Source: Rickettsiaceae bacterium
GTDB lineage: Bacteria; Pseudomonadota; Alphaproteobacteria; Rickettsiales; Rickettsiaceae
Direction: 5' to 3'
DNA length: 46,044 nucleotides
NCBI GenBank assembly: GCA_027485375.1
Contig: JAIXRE010000097.1
Coordinates: forward strand, 1-46,044
In this document: piece by piece, positions 18,648 to 27,444 of the stretch
Numbering within the stretch: the stretch's first letter is position 1
How the letters are laid out: each line of letters begins with the position of its first letter
Translations under genes and position numbers: made by a program
Notes under the pieces: generated by a model
What the model was told of the DNA's origin: nothing
Databases searched by the model: none
What the model saw: only the letters and a program-made list of their open reading frames with translations

Positions 18648-21098
18648 CTATTTTTCTAAAGCTTTATGTAATGGAACAATCCAATTATCAGGGTGTCCTG
18701 GATATTGTTTGAGGATTTCTTGATAAATCTTAAATGTATCAGCATCACTGACTAATATACTTAGCATGCCTGTAAACCCTCCTATACTTAGTTCAGCAAC
18801 AATTGCTTGCTCTCCTTGCTTAACTAAGAAACTCCTTGAAAGTGGCTTTAATTCAGTAAATTTTGCTATTTCTGCTTTAGTAAGCCCCAGTGTCTTTTCT
18901 AATTTTTCAAGTTTTACCTCGGCTGGCATAATAATTTTAGTATCTCCCAGCCTAGACCAACTTTGGCAAATTTTTAACTCTTGCTCTTGAAAATTAGTGA
19001 GGTTAATATTACCCACCACCACGCCGTTATGAGAGCTTAAACTCTTGAAAATTGCTGTTATAGGTTCTGCAAAATAATTTTGGTCAAGTAACTTATCAAT
19101 ATTATCGATAGCAAGTATTTTAGGCTTTTGATCTAGAATGCTAAGCTGCCTTGCTAGTACGTATATTATTGCAAATTTTACGCTATTATTTAAGTTTAGC
19201 TGCTTTGTAAACTTATCAAGTAGTTTTTTATCCTCAGGATAAAACTGCTTTATAAAATCTTCATTAGAGAAATTGCTTAAGTTAACCCCTAAAACTTTGC
19301 TTGGTGATAGATCAAAGCTACTGTTACCATCAAATAGCCCGTGATATAAACCACTTTCTGCAAAAACTACAAGCCTTGCTTTTATAGCCTCTCCAGCTGC
19401 GCCAGTAAAATCATTGCTTTTGATTATTTTTGACAAAGTACGATCTTTAAAATCAATCGCAAAGATAGTTTTTGTTAATTCTTCCAAATATTCTAATTCA
19501 GGCGCAGTAAGCTCCTCGGCATAATGGTTGCAGATTATTTTTAGAAACTCAGAGGCAAATTGCCTATTTTCTTTAGTATCGTCGCATAAAAATGGATTGT
19601 AGGTTGTTTGAGGCTCTTTGACCCAGTGACCTTCTAGCGCTTCAATAAAAATTTGCGACGTATTGTCATTAGCAATATAAACAATAGTTGGATCGTATTT
19701 AGTGGACTCAGAAATTAGAAAATTAGTGACTGCAGTTTTACCTACTCCTTCTATGCCAAAAATCAAACTATTGCCGCTTTCGCTACCTGCGTGGAAATTC
19801 ATAAAATACGGCGTACCTCTTTCACTCCTGAGGATAGTTATCGCTCTGCCCCATTGACTGTTTTGATAGCCTGTAGGAAAATTATGCAAGGACGCTAGGG
19901 CAGCAACATTATTGATGATATTTGGCGTCATCCTGCGCAAATAGCTAAAGTTAGCAGGTAGCTGCGCCCAAAATGTTTGCTCTAGATTTATATCTTCCCT
20001 AACGTGAACAATACCAATTTCTGATAACTTCCTTGAGGCGTACGCAACTTCTTTATCAAGTTTATCTACATCCTCGCTAATTATAGAAATAGAAATTTGC
20101 TGCGTACAAAATTGATTATACGATTCGGTTTGACTCAGGTCATTCCCTAATATTTTATTATACCCCTTAGCCACGCCAAGCGATTTATCTCCACTTACCT
20201 CTATTATATAAGCTTGGTCGCTAAAGCTTGAGGCGATAGTTTCTTCGTCCACGAAATAAAACACCTCTGTTACCACCATTTCTACAGGTATTTGCAAGAA
20301 AATATCCACAGATTCAGTAGAAACTTCTTGGTACTCCTTGATAGACAAGATAGCTATAAAATTTTTACTTTCTCCGCTTACAACCTCTATCTTATCACCA
20401 CCTATAGCATACTCGCATGACGCCAGAGAATCTGAAAGGTCTGCTAGCGGTAATAAGGGCTCGCTGGTATTTAGATGTATTAGTTTGTGATATAAAGCTA
20501 GGAGTTCAGATAGCACCTCGTCTTCTTTGAATTTTATTCCCAGTTTTGTTGCGCCGTACTCAGATAAATCTTCTAGTATTTTATCCACAACAGTATTTAG
20601 ATATTTTGAAGATTCGTCAAAATATTCTTGATGAGAATTTTCGACATGGCTGGCAAAAAGAGAATGTACAAAACTAGTGAGATTATTCATCTTTATATCT
20701 CTTGTGTCATAGACTATCGAAATATACAAAGTATTGACAAATTTATCTGACCAATAATTTTTCTGCCGCCATAACTCATGCAGGTTAGCAGGGAATAATT
20801 TTTTGTATGGCGTCATATCGTCTAAGTTAGTTTTATGACGAATAGTATGCACCCAAAAAGCTAACTGGTTACTATTAACATTTTTTTGGATAGCTTGGCG
20901 TACGACTTCTCGTAAATTAAACAACTTACTGCTAATTTGCTCAGCATTAATGCCATTAATTTGAATTATCTGTAGCATTTGCCCATTTTTTGTAAGCAAA
21001 GTGTTTTCATCATAGTGACAAGCGATAGGTATATAAGCTTCTGCATAGGAGTTAAATAGATCTTTATCTGCTTTGCGTGAATTACTAAGTGTTAGCAC
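18648..21098 (-). CDS. virB4: Type IV secretion ATPase VirB4 paralogue (degenerate Walker B; rvhB4-II-like)
   Basis: 816 aa with a CagE/TrbE/VirB4-type N-terminus (IPIACHYDENTLLTKNGQMLQIIQINGI) and Walker A GIEGVGKT. The Walker B position reads ILAIDNIDKLLD. A strong SD (AAGGAGAGG) precedes GTG 21098. Confidence 0.85.
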   Translation of the reverse strand: MLTLSNSRKADKDLFNSYAEAYIPIACHYDENTLLTKNGQMLQIIQINGINAEQISSKLFNLREVVRQAIQKNVNSNQLAFWVHTIRHKTNLDDMTPYKKLFPANLHELWRQKNYWSDKFVNTLYISIVYDTRDIKMNNLTSFVHSLFASHVENSHQEYFDESSKYLNTVVDKILEDLSEYGATKLGIKFKEDEVLSELLALYHKLIHLNTSEPLLPLADLSDSLASCEYAIGGDKIEVVSGESKNFIAILSIKEYQEVSTESVDIFLQIPVEMVVTEVFYFVDEETIASSFSDQAYIIEVSGDKSLGVAKGYNKILGNDLSQTESYNQFCTQQISISIISEDVDKLDKEVAYASRKLSEIGIVHVREDINLEQTFWAQLPANFSYLRRMTPNIINNVAALASLHNFPTGYQNSQWGRAITILRSERGTPYFMNFHAGSESGNSLIFGIEGVGKTAVTNFLISESTKYDPTIVYIANDNTSQIFIEALEGHWVKEPQTTYNPFLCDDTKENRQFASEFLKIICNHYAEELTAPELEYLEELTKTIFAIDFKDRTLSKIIKSNDFTGAAGEAIKARLVVFAESGLYHGLFDGNSSFDLSPSKVLGVNLSNFSNEDFIKQFYPEDKKLLDKFTKQLNLNNSVKFAIIYVLARQLSILDQKPKILAIDNIDKLLDQNYFAEPITAIFKSLSSHNGVVVGNINLTNFQEQELKICQSWSRLGDTKIIMPAEVKLEKLEKTLGLTKAEIAKFTELKPLSRSFLVKQGEQAIVAELSIGGFTGMLSILVSDADTFKIYQEILKQYPGHPDNWIVPLHKALEK

Positions 21099-21301
21099 TC
21101 TTATCCTCTCCTTACTCCAAGCTTTTAATGTTCTTTAGTCTAAATTACTATAACATTATTATTAAATGATTATACAATTCATCTATTTTTAACTACTAAT
21201 AATAGTATAAATCTTGTTTGCTGTTACGGGAATGCTACTAAAAGAGGAAGTTTGTAAAAAAAGACCTTCTATAACCTTGTGCAAATAAACCTAAACCGCT
21301 T

Positions 21302-21329
21302 TTGCATTAAGAATTTTTTGTGATATACT
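21302..21329 (+). promoter_or_regulatory. Candidate sigma-70 promoter (TTGCAT-N16-TGaTATACT, extended -10) for the ELM1-like gene
   Basis: ttgcat at 21302-21307 and tatact at 21324-21329, preceded by tg, lie about 27 nt upstream of ATG 21356. An AAGGA SD lies in between. This is a pattern match only. Confidence 0.45.
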
Positions 21330-21355
21330 AGCATTAAATCTTCAAGGAAAAGAAC

Positions 21356-22357
21356 ATGAACGCGCAAATTTGGGTACTGGCAGATAGTAGACTAGGTAAT
21401 ACAAAACAGGCTATTGCTTTGGCTGAAGAGCTGGCAAAGGATAAAGGACTAATTTATGAAGTAAAGCAAGTAGGCTATACTCCTTTAGCTGCCTTGCCAA
21501 ACTATCTCTTACATTTTTATCCTATCCATATAAAAAGCAAGAGTTTGCAGTCTTTATTACAAAGCGATGCGCCACGTTTAATTATCTCCTCCGGCAGAAG
21601 GACTGCAACACTTGCTACCTACCTCAAGAAAAAATTTAATTCTAGGCAAGGTAAAGATAAGGTGCATATCATTCAGATAATGAAACCAGATTTATCATTT
21701 GCCGAATTTGACCTTATAGTGCTGCCACAGCATGATGAAATTGGCGAGCCTTCTTCAAATGTGGCTCGTATTATTGGAGCTCTTAGCAGTACAAAAAATA
21801 GTAGTGATAGTAAAAAATCTGAAGCAGCTAGTATGCGTCAATATTACCCAGAACTTAGAAATTTTATCGCTGTAATTATTGGTGGTAACAGTAAAAAATC
21901 TAGATTTAATACAACCGCAACCAAAGAATTTGTTGATATATTGATAAAGCTTTCTAAGCACCATGCTATTCCTTTTGTAATTAGCTTTAGCCGCCGCACA
22001 CCAGAAAAACTTAAAGAGCTTATCAATAAAAATTTTCTGTGGCCAAATATTATATATGACCCTGCCAGCAACAAGCCAAATCCATATCAGGCTATGATTA
22101 CAGAAGCTGAGTACATCATTTCAACAGCCGATTCAATTTCTATGTGCAGTGAAGCTGCCTCTATAGGTAAACCCCTATACATATTTTGGGATAAAGATTT
22201 TAAATTGAAAAAACATCGCTTTTTTGTACAGCAGTTAATAGATTTAGGCATTGCAAAAAAGCTAGATAATTCTGTTGATGTGCTAAAAACTTATTATTAT
22301 GAACCATTGCATGAAGTGCGTAAAATAGCAGATATCATTAGAACAGAAATATTATAA
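21356..22357 (+). CDS. ELM1/DUF1022-family (mitochondrial-fission ELM1-like, GT-B-like fold) protein
   Basis: The N-terminus IWVLADSRLGNTKQAIALAEEL, then RLIISSGRRTA and DLIVLPQHD, are characteristic of the bacterial ELM1-like family. Confidence 0.7.
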   Translation: MNAQIWVLADSRLGNTKQAIALAEELAKDKGLIYEVKQVGYTPLAALPNYLLHFYPIHIKSKSLQSLLQSDAPRLIISSGRRTATLATYLKKKFNSRQGKDKVHIIQIMKPDLSFAEFDLIVLPQHDEIGEPSSNVARIIGALSSTKNSSDSKKSEAASMRQYYPELRNFIAVIIGGNSKKSRFNTTATKEFVDILIKLSKHHAIPFVISFSRRTPEKLKELINKNFLWPNIIYDPASNKPNPYQAMITEAEYIISTADSISMCSEAASIGKPLYIFWDKDFKLKKHRFFVQQLIDLGIAKKLDNSVDVLKTYYYEPLHEVRKIADIIRTEIL

Positions 22358-22489
22358 TCCTAATTCTCATTTTTAAGTGATCCAAACGGATGTGGCAAGA
22401 TTTCGTCTTTGCGCAGTTATTTAATATACCCTTAGGCAGACTAACTTTTAAATCCATTTGCCTTATTTAATATGGCAATTGGTATAAGG
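22352..22489. repeat. Palindromic intergenic element, copy 1 (RPE/MITE-like, ~138 nt)
   Basis: About 85% identical by eye to 30352-30488. It is internally self-complementary, with left arm ...catttttaagtgatccaaacggatgtggcaaga... against right arm ...cttttaaatccatttgccttatttaatatggca.... Its first bases overlap the ELM1-like stop codon. Confidence 0.8.
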
Positions 22490-22538
22490 AGGCAGAAATG
22501 GAGATAATTTTGGATAAAAATTATAATAACAAAAAAGC

Positions 22539-22613
22539 TGGAGCGGGTGAAGGGATTCGAACCCTCGACTTCGACCTTGGCAAGGTAGCGCTCTACCCCT
22601 GAGCTACACCCGC
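22539..22613 (-). tRNA. tRNA-Gly (anticodon GCC)
   Basis: The reverse complement is GCGGGTGTAGCTCAGGGGTAGAGCGCTACCTTGCCAAGGTCGAAGTCGAGGGTTCGAATCCCTTCACCCGCTCCA. The anticodon loop is TTGCCAA and CCA is encoded. Confidence 0.9.
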
Positions 22614-22693
22614 TTTTTTGTTATAACTTTAAGCTTTGATGCATTAAACTGCATACAGAGGAGAATACAAAAAAATTTCAGAACTTCAAGTAT

Positions 22694-22715
22694 AAAAAAA
22701 AAAAAAAAAAAAAAA
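22694..22715. repeat. A22 homopolymer tract in the divergent tRNA-Gly / ubiX intergenic region
   Basis: I counted 22 consecutive A residues directly in the sequence. Confidence 0.95.
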
Positions 22716-22779
22716 TATTTTGCTAAGCTATGTTGTTCCTGTTATTTTGTTTGGATATTTTAATATTATTATATCAAAC

Positions 22780-23349
22780 ATGAACAGCAAGAAGAAGATT
22801 ATAGTTGCCATCTCTGGAGCTTCTGGAGCTATTTATGGTATTAGGCTACTAGAGGTCTTAAAAGAATTAGCTATAGAGACACACCTAATAATTTCTCCAG
22901 CCGCTACTATTACTATTGCGCAAGAAACAGATTATAGTTTAGAAAGTATAAAAGCTATGGCTACTTACCATTATAGCCATTCAGATATAGCAGCTAGGAT
23001 TTCCAGTGGCTCTTGTAATGTGCATGGTATGATTATAGCACCTTGCAGCATGAAAACCATGGCTTCCATAGCGGTTGGCATGGAAGATAAGCTGATTAGT
23101 AGAGCTGCAAGCGTAATGCTGAAAGAGCGTCGCAAGCTAGTACTAATGGTTAGAGAGACACCGCTGCATAGTGGACATTTGGAAAATATGCTTAAACTTT
23201 CAAATTATGGCGCAATCATAGCGCCAGTAGTGCCAGCTTTTTATAATAAGCCTAAAACCTTGGATGATATAGTAAATCACTCAGTCGCTAGGGCACTAAA
23301 CCTCTTTGATATTGAAACAAATTTAATTAAACCTTGGGATGGTTTGTAA
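22780..23349 (+). CDS. ubiX: Flavin prenyltransferase UbiX
   Basis: Contains [25 protein letters not shown]..., APCSMKT and RETPLH motifs. I trimmed the start from the ORF-track TTG 22720 to ATG 22780. Confidence 0.9.
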   Translation: MNSKKKIIVAISGASGAIYGIRLLEVLKELAIETHLIISPAATITIAQETDYSLESIKAMATYHYSHSDIAARISSGSCNVHGMIIAPCSMKTMASIAVGMEDKLISRAASVMLKERRKLVLMVRETPLHSGHLENMLKLSNYGAIIAPVVPAFYNKPKTLDDIVNHSVARALNLFDIETNLIKPWDGL

Positions 23350-23415
23350 TATGAATAATGAATATATATATATTGCAGTTTCTGGCGTAGGTTTTTTGCG
23401 CTGCTTATTGATTGC

Positions 23416-23913
23416 TTGCTAGCGCTTGGAGTAATAGTATCTATTTTGTTTACAGCATTTTTTGCTATATGGTTTGTAAAATTCATGTTCCCTTCTTCTT
23501 CTTTTGCTTCTTACAAGCCGTATTTTAATATGATAAAGAGATATGCTGATTTGGCTTTAACTTTACTGGGGTTAATAGTTAGTACTCTGTTTAATAGTTC
23601 TAAAATGCAAGCGACTCCAGGAAAATACTTACTGGATATGAAAATAATTACTAAAGATGTGGAACGTATTAGTTTTCTGCGGGCTTTAGTCCGTATCTTA
23701 TCACCCTATATTATTATAATAATACTTACAATGGTATTTACAATATTTGTTCATTCTTGGGCACCTTCCTTAGATGTACAAGTATTAGCAACTATATCAT
23801 ATTACGTAGTAGTCTTATTCACTACTATAATCAGCGCTCTCCTACTTATATTTACCAAAGAAAAAACAGCCTTGCATGATTTGATAGCTGGGACTAGAGT
23901 AGTGAGAAGATAA
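23416..23913 (+). CDS. RDD-family membrane protein (5' end problematic, see findings)
   Basis: The C-terminus ALHDLIAGTRVVRR and the TM pattern are typical of RDD proteins. The conserved N-terminal motif (SFWRRFFALLIDCLL) lies in the same frame upstream of the TTG start (open from 23362), but out of frame with ATG 23351. Confidence 0.7.
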   Translation: MLALGVIVSILFTAFFAIWFVKFMFPSSSFASYKPYFNMIKRYADLALTLLGLIVSTLFNSSKMQATPGKYLLDMKIITKDVERISFLRALVRILSPYIIIIILTMVFTIFVHSWAPSLDVQVLATISYYVVVLFTTIISALLLIFTKEKTALHDLIAGTRVVRR

Positions 23914-23931
23914 TAAAATGGTAAATAATAA

Positions 23932-24660
23932 ATGCGCTTATATTCCTTGCAGGAACATTTGCTAGAACTGAAAACACGAATAATTAGAATACTCTTAGTG
24001 TTCGTCATTTTTTGTGGTATTAGTTATTACTTTAGCAAAGAAATTTATGCTATTGCTCTAAATCCTTTAGTTAGTTTAGAGCAATGGCAGCATAGGAACA
24101 TAATTTATACAGGTCTTACTGAAGCATTTTTTACTTATTTAAAGCTTGCGGCTTTTACTAGCACTTTGGTAATCATACCATTTATTGCGATAGAGGTTTA
24201 CTTGTTTATTAAACCAGCCCTTTATCCAAATGAACAAAAACTTGCTGCTTATATACTGCTTATGGCGCCATTGTTATTCTGGCTTGGCAGTATTTTTGTC
24301 TATTATTTTGTTATGCCAAAAGCTTGGCTGTTTTTTTTAAGCTTTGAAAATAGTGTAGGCAGCTCAGCTATTACTCTAGAACCAAGAATTAGCGAATATT
24401 TAACCTTAGTTATGCAACTTATTATTGCTTTTGGGGTAGCTTTTCAGTTACCAATTGTGATACTAATATTACATATACTTAAGATAATAACTATAGAGCA
24501 ATTAAAAGACAAAAGACGTTTAGCTGTGGTTATTAACTTCATCATTGCTGCCATATTAACGCCGCCAGATGTCATAAGCCAGTTTGCGCTTGCAATCCCT
24601 ATGGTTTTATTATATGAAACTGCTATTATTATGTGTAAATTTACGACAAACAGAGGGTAA
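23932..24660 (+). CDS. tatC: Twin-arginine translocase subunit TatC
   Basis: 242 aa with 6 TM helices. Starts [13 protein letters not shown] and contains TPPDVISQ. Confidence 0.93.
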   Translation: MRLYSLQEHLLELKTRIIRILLVFVIFCGISYYFSKEIYAIALNPLVSLEQWQHRNIIYTGLTEAFFTYLKLAAFTSTLVIIPFIAIEVYLFIKPALYPNEQKLAAYILLMAPLLFWLGSIFVYYFVMPKAWLFFLSFENSVGSSAITLEPRISEYLTLVMQLIIAFGVAFQLPIVILILHILKIITIEQLKDKRRLAVVINFIIAAILTPPDVISQFALAIPMVLLYETAIIMCKFTTNRG

Positions 24661-24662
24661 TC

Positions 24663-25940
24663 ATGTTGGATATTAAATGGATAAGAGAAAATCAAGCCGA
24701 ATTCGACAAATTACTGGTTAAACGCGGTATAGAACCAATGTCTGAAGAGATAAGCGCTTTAGACGAAGAAAAACGGCAGCTTACTACTTTAGTACAGCAG
24801 TTCCAGCACGCGAAAAAGAAGAAATCTAAATCTCTTGGCGAAATGAAAACCCGTTCAGGTAAAGAGTTTGATGAAGTAAGACGTGATGTAGAGCACATTA
24901 ATCAAAAACTAGACGAATTAATAGCTAAGTTAGATGAAAGCAACAAGTTACAAGAAATATTAGATACTTTGCCAAACTTATTAGCTCCAGAAGTGCCTTA
25001 TGGCACTGATGAAAGCATGAATAAGATGGTAAGAAGCTGGGGAGAGGCAAAGATTGACCCTTCTGCTAAAGAGCATTTTGAGCTTGGTGAACAGCTTGGT
25101 ATGATGGAGTTCACTCAAACTGCCAAAATTTCAGGCAGTAGGTTTGTGACCCTTAAAGCTGAACTGGCTAAGCTAGAGCGTGCGCTAGTTAGTTTTATGA
25201 TAGATATGCACACAACAGAGCTTGGTTACCAAGAATTATCACCTCCTTATTTAGTAAGACCGCAAGCAGCATATAACGTTGGTCAGTTACCAAAATTCGC
25301 TGATGATTCTTTCTTAACTACAACAGATTATCGCTTAATTTCCACCGGTGAAGTGCCTCTTACTAACATGGTAGCAGATAGCATTCTCGCAAGAGAAGCT
25401 TTGCCTATACGTTACGTTGCGCATACCGCTTGTTTCAGGTCAGAAGCAGGTAGTGCTGGTAGAGATTCTAGGGGCATGATTAGGATGCATCAATTTAGCA
25501 AGGTTGAATTAGTATCTATCACTACTCCAGAAGAGTCAGAAAATGAACATGAGTTTATCACTAACGCTGCAGAAGAGTTGCTAAAAAGGCTAGGTTTGCC
25601 ATACAGGGTAATGTTGCTTTGTAGTGGAGATACTGGTTTTCAGTCTAAAAAGACTTATGACATCGAAGTATGGTTACCTGGTCAAAAGCAATATAGAGAA
25701 ATTTCTAGCTGTTCAAATTGTGGAGATTTCCAAGCAAGACGCCTGAAAGCAAGGTATAAAGAATTTGGCGGCAATGAGAATATTTTTGTTCACACATTAA
25801 ATGGCTCTGCCCTGCCAATAGGTAGAACAATTATTGCTATTTTAGAAAATTATCAAAATGCAGACGGTTCTATTACCGTGCCAGAAGTTTTAGTAAGCTA
25901 TATGGGTGGTATAGATAAAATTTATCCTATAAAGAGCTAA
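24663..25940 (+). CDS. serS: Seryl-tRNA synthetase
   Basis: Starts [10 protein letters not shown], has an N-terminal coiled coil, and carries class II motifs ([30 protein letters not shown]). Confidence 0.97.
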   Translation: MLDIKWIRENQAEFDKLLVKRGIEPMSEEISALDEEKRQLTTLVQQFQHAKKKKSKSLGEMKTRSGKEFDEVRRDVEHINQKLDELIAKLDESNKLQEILDTLPNLLAPEVPYGTDESMNKMVRSWGEAKIDPSAKEHFELGEQLGMMEFTQTAKISGSRFVTLKAELAKLERALVSFMIDMHTTELGYQELSPPYLVRPQAAYNVGQLPKFADDSFLTTTDYRLISTGEVPLTNMVADSILAREALPIRYVAHTACFRSEAGSAGRDSRGMIRMHQFSKVELVSITTPEESENEHEFITNAAEELLKRLGLPYRVMLLCSGDTGFQSKKTYDIEVWLPGQKQYREISSCSNCGDFQARRLKARYKEFGGNENIFVHTLNGSALPIGRTIIAILENYQNADGSITVPEVLVSYMGGIDKIYPIKS

Positions 25941-25950
25941 AGCTATAGTT

Positions 25951-26985
25951 ATGATAGATAGGCGTTTTTATAAAAATTCTGGTCCTTATAAGCTATCAGA
26001 GATTGCTGCTATAACTGGCTGCGAGCTGCCAAATAGTTATGATGACGCCATAATTAATGAGATAAAGCCATTATCTGAGGCTAGCGCTGGTGATATTAGT
26101 TTTTTTGCTAACCCTAAATATCTTGAGGAATTCAAGCAGACAAATGCATCTGCTTGCATAGTACCTAATGACCTTTCTGATAATCATAAACCACTATCTG
26201 ATAAGGTTATTTTACTAAAAGCAGCTAATCCTTCTTTTGCTTATAGTAAGCTAATTAGTTTATTTTATAGCAGCGCAAAAGAATATCGATCTGTGATTAT
26301 GCCAACAGCTTATGTTTCTCGTTTAGCGAAAATAGGCAAAAACTGCTATATAGGTCATAATGTAGTTATTGAGGATAACGTCGTAATAGGTGACGACTCT
26401 ATCATTGAGGCAGGAAGTTTTGTAGATTTCGGCGTGAAAATAGGTAATAGGGCAAGGATTTATTCTCATGTTTCTTTAAGTTACTGCGAAATAGGCGACG
26501 ACGTAGTAATCTTACCCGGAGCAAGGGTAGGTCAGGATGGTTTTGGCTTTGCCACTGAAAAAGGCGTGCACCATAAAATACTCCATGTTGGCAAAGTTAT
26601 AATAGGTAACAATGTTGAGATAGGTGCAAATGTTACTATAGATCGAGGTTCAGTAAATGATACCATCATTGAAGATTTATGCAGGATTGATAATTTAGTG
26701 CAAATTGCTCATAATGTCCATATAGGGCATGGCTCAATTATTGTTGCGCAGGTTGGTATAGCTGGAAGTTCTAAAATAGGAAAATACTGCGCTTTAGGCG
26801 GACAAGTTGGTATTGCAGGACACTTGCATATAGGTGATAAAGCGCAAATTGCCGCTCAAGGCGGGGTAACAAAAGATATAGAAGCTGGCGTCATTATGGG
26901 CGGAACACCGGCTGTTCCTATTAGAGATTATCATAAACAAGCCATTATTATGAAAAAACTTATACAAAATACAGGAAAACCATGA
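25951..26985 (+). CDS. lpxD: UDP-3-O-acylglucosamine N-acyltransferase LpxD
   Basis: 344 aa with hexapeptide repeats and LpxD-type ends. It lies upstream of fabZ. Confidence 0.92.
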   Translation: MIDRRFYKNSGPYKLSEIAAITGCELPNSYDDAIINEIKPLSEASAGDISFFANPKYLEEFKQTNASACIVPNDLSDNHKPLSDKVILLKAANPSFAYSKLISLFYSSAKEYRSVIMPTAYVSRLAKIGKNCYIGHNVVIEDNVVIGDDSIIEAGSFVDFGVKIGNRARIYSHVSLSYCEIGDDVVILPGARVGQDGFGFATEKGVHHKILHVGKVIIGNNVEIGANVTIDRGSVNDTIIEDLCRIDNLVQIAHNVHIGHGSIIVAQVGIAGSSKIGKYCALGGQVGIAGHLHIGDKAQIAAQGGVTKDIEAGVIMGGTPAVPIRDYHKQAIIMKKLIQNTGKP

Positions 26986-27413
26986 CTATACTCAACAGCG
27001 CAGAGATAATGTCTCTGATACCGCATCGCTACCCCTTTTTGCTTATTGATAAAGTGGTAGAATTAAAAGCTAATGACTCCATTATAGCTGTTAAAAATGT
27101 AACAGTTAACGAGCCACAATTCACAGGACATTTTCCTAGCAAGCCTATAATGCCGGGCGTGCTTATTATAGAAGCAATGGCGCAGGCGTCGGCTATTCTT
27201 GTTGCCCGTTCACTTGAACCTAAAGAAGGACGTGAAGTATATTTCATGTCCATTGATTCTGCAAAGTTCCGCAAAGTTGTAGAGCCTGGAGATACAGTTT
27301 ACATACATGCTAAGATAGAACAAAGCAGAGCGCATGTTTGGAAATTTTCTGCTAAAGCAATGGTAGATGGCGCAGTCGTCTCAGAAAGTAATTTTACGGC
27401 AATGGTGAAGTAG
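26982..27413 (+). CDS. fabZ: 3-hydroxyacyl-ACP dehydratase FabZ
   Basis: Contains [34 protein letters not shown]. Confidence 0.96.
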   Translation: MTILNSAEIMSLIPHRYPFLLIDKVVELKANDSIIAVKNVTVNEPQFTGHFPSKPIMPGVLIIEAMAQASAILVARSLEPKEGREVYFMSIDSAKFRKVVEPGDTVYIHAKIEQSRAHVWKFSAKAMVDGAVVSESNFTAMVK

Positions 27414-27444
27414 TTATTTTGTAAGAAACAATGCGAGAATCCAA

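Noticed and set aside
15969-18659. Plus-strand ORFs (15969-16154, 16457-16675, 16641-16946, 16962-17309, 18453-18659) opposite the Cys-rich gene.
   Set aside because: They are short, mutually overlapping and antisense to one uninterrupted 3.5-kb reading frame. An uninterrupted frame of that length is itself strong evidence for the minus-strand gene.
21099-21355. I searched for virB3, virB2 or virB7-like small ORFs flanking virB4 (21099-21355) and virB8 (37998-38248).
   Set aside because: Neither strand of these AT-rich intergenic regions has an ORF longer than a few codons with a start codon. I conclude these genes are not encoded here.
22498-22602. 34-codon ORF (MEIILDKNYNNKKAGAGEGIRTLDFDLGKVALYP*) with a perfect AAGGAGG SD supplied by the end of the palindromic element.
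   Set aside because: Most of it runs antisense through tRNA-Gly(GCC), so the apparent coding potential is just the complement of a tRNA. It is probably a fortuitous SD/ATG, noted only as a curiosity.
22352-22720. Possibility that tRNA-Gly(GCC) marks an integration site of a genomic island or prophage.
   Set aside because: No integrase, phage or transposase genes occur on either side, and I could not find a direct repeat of the tRNA 3' end. The flanking genes (ELM1-like, ubiX) are housekeeping.
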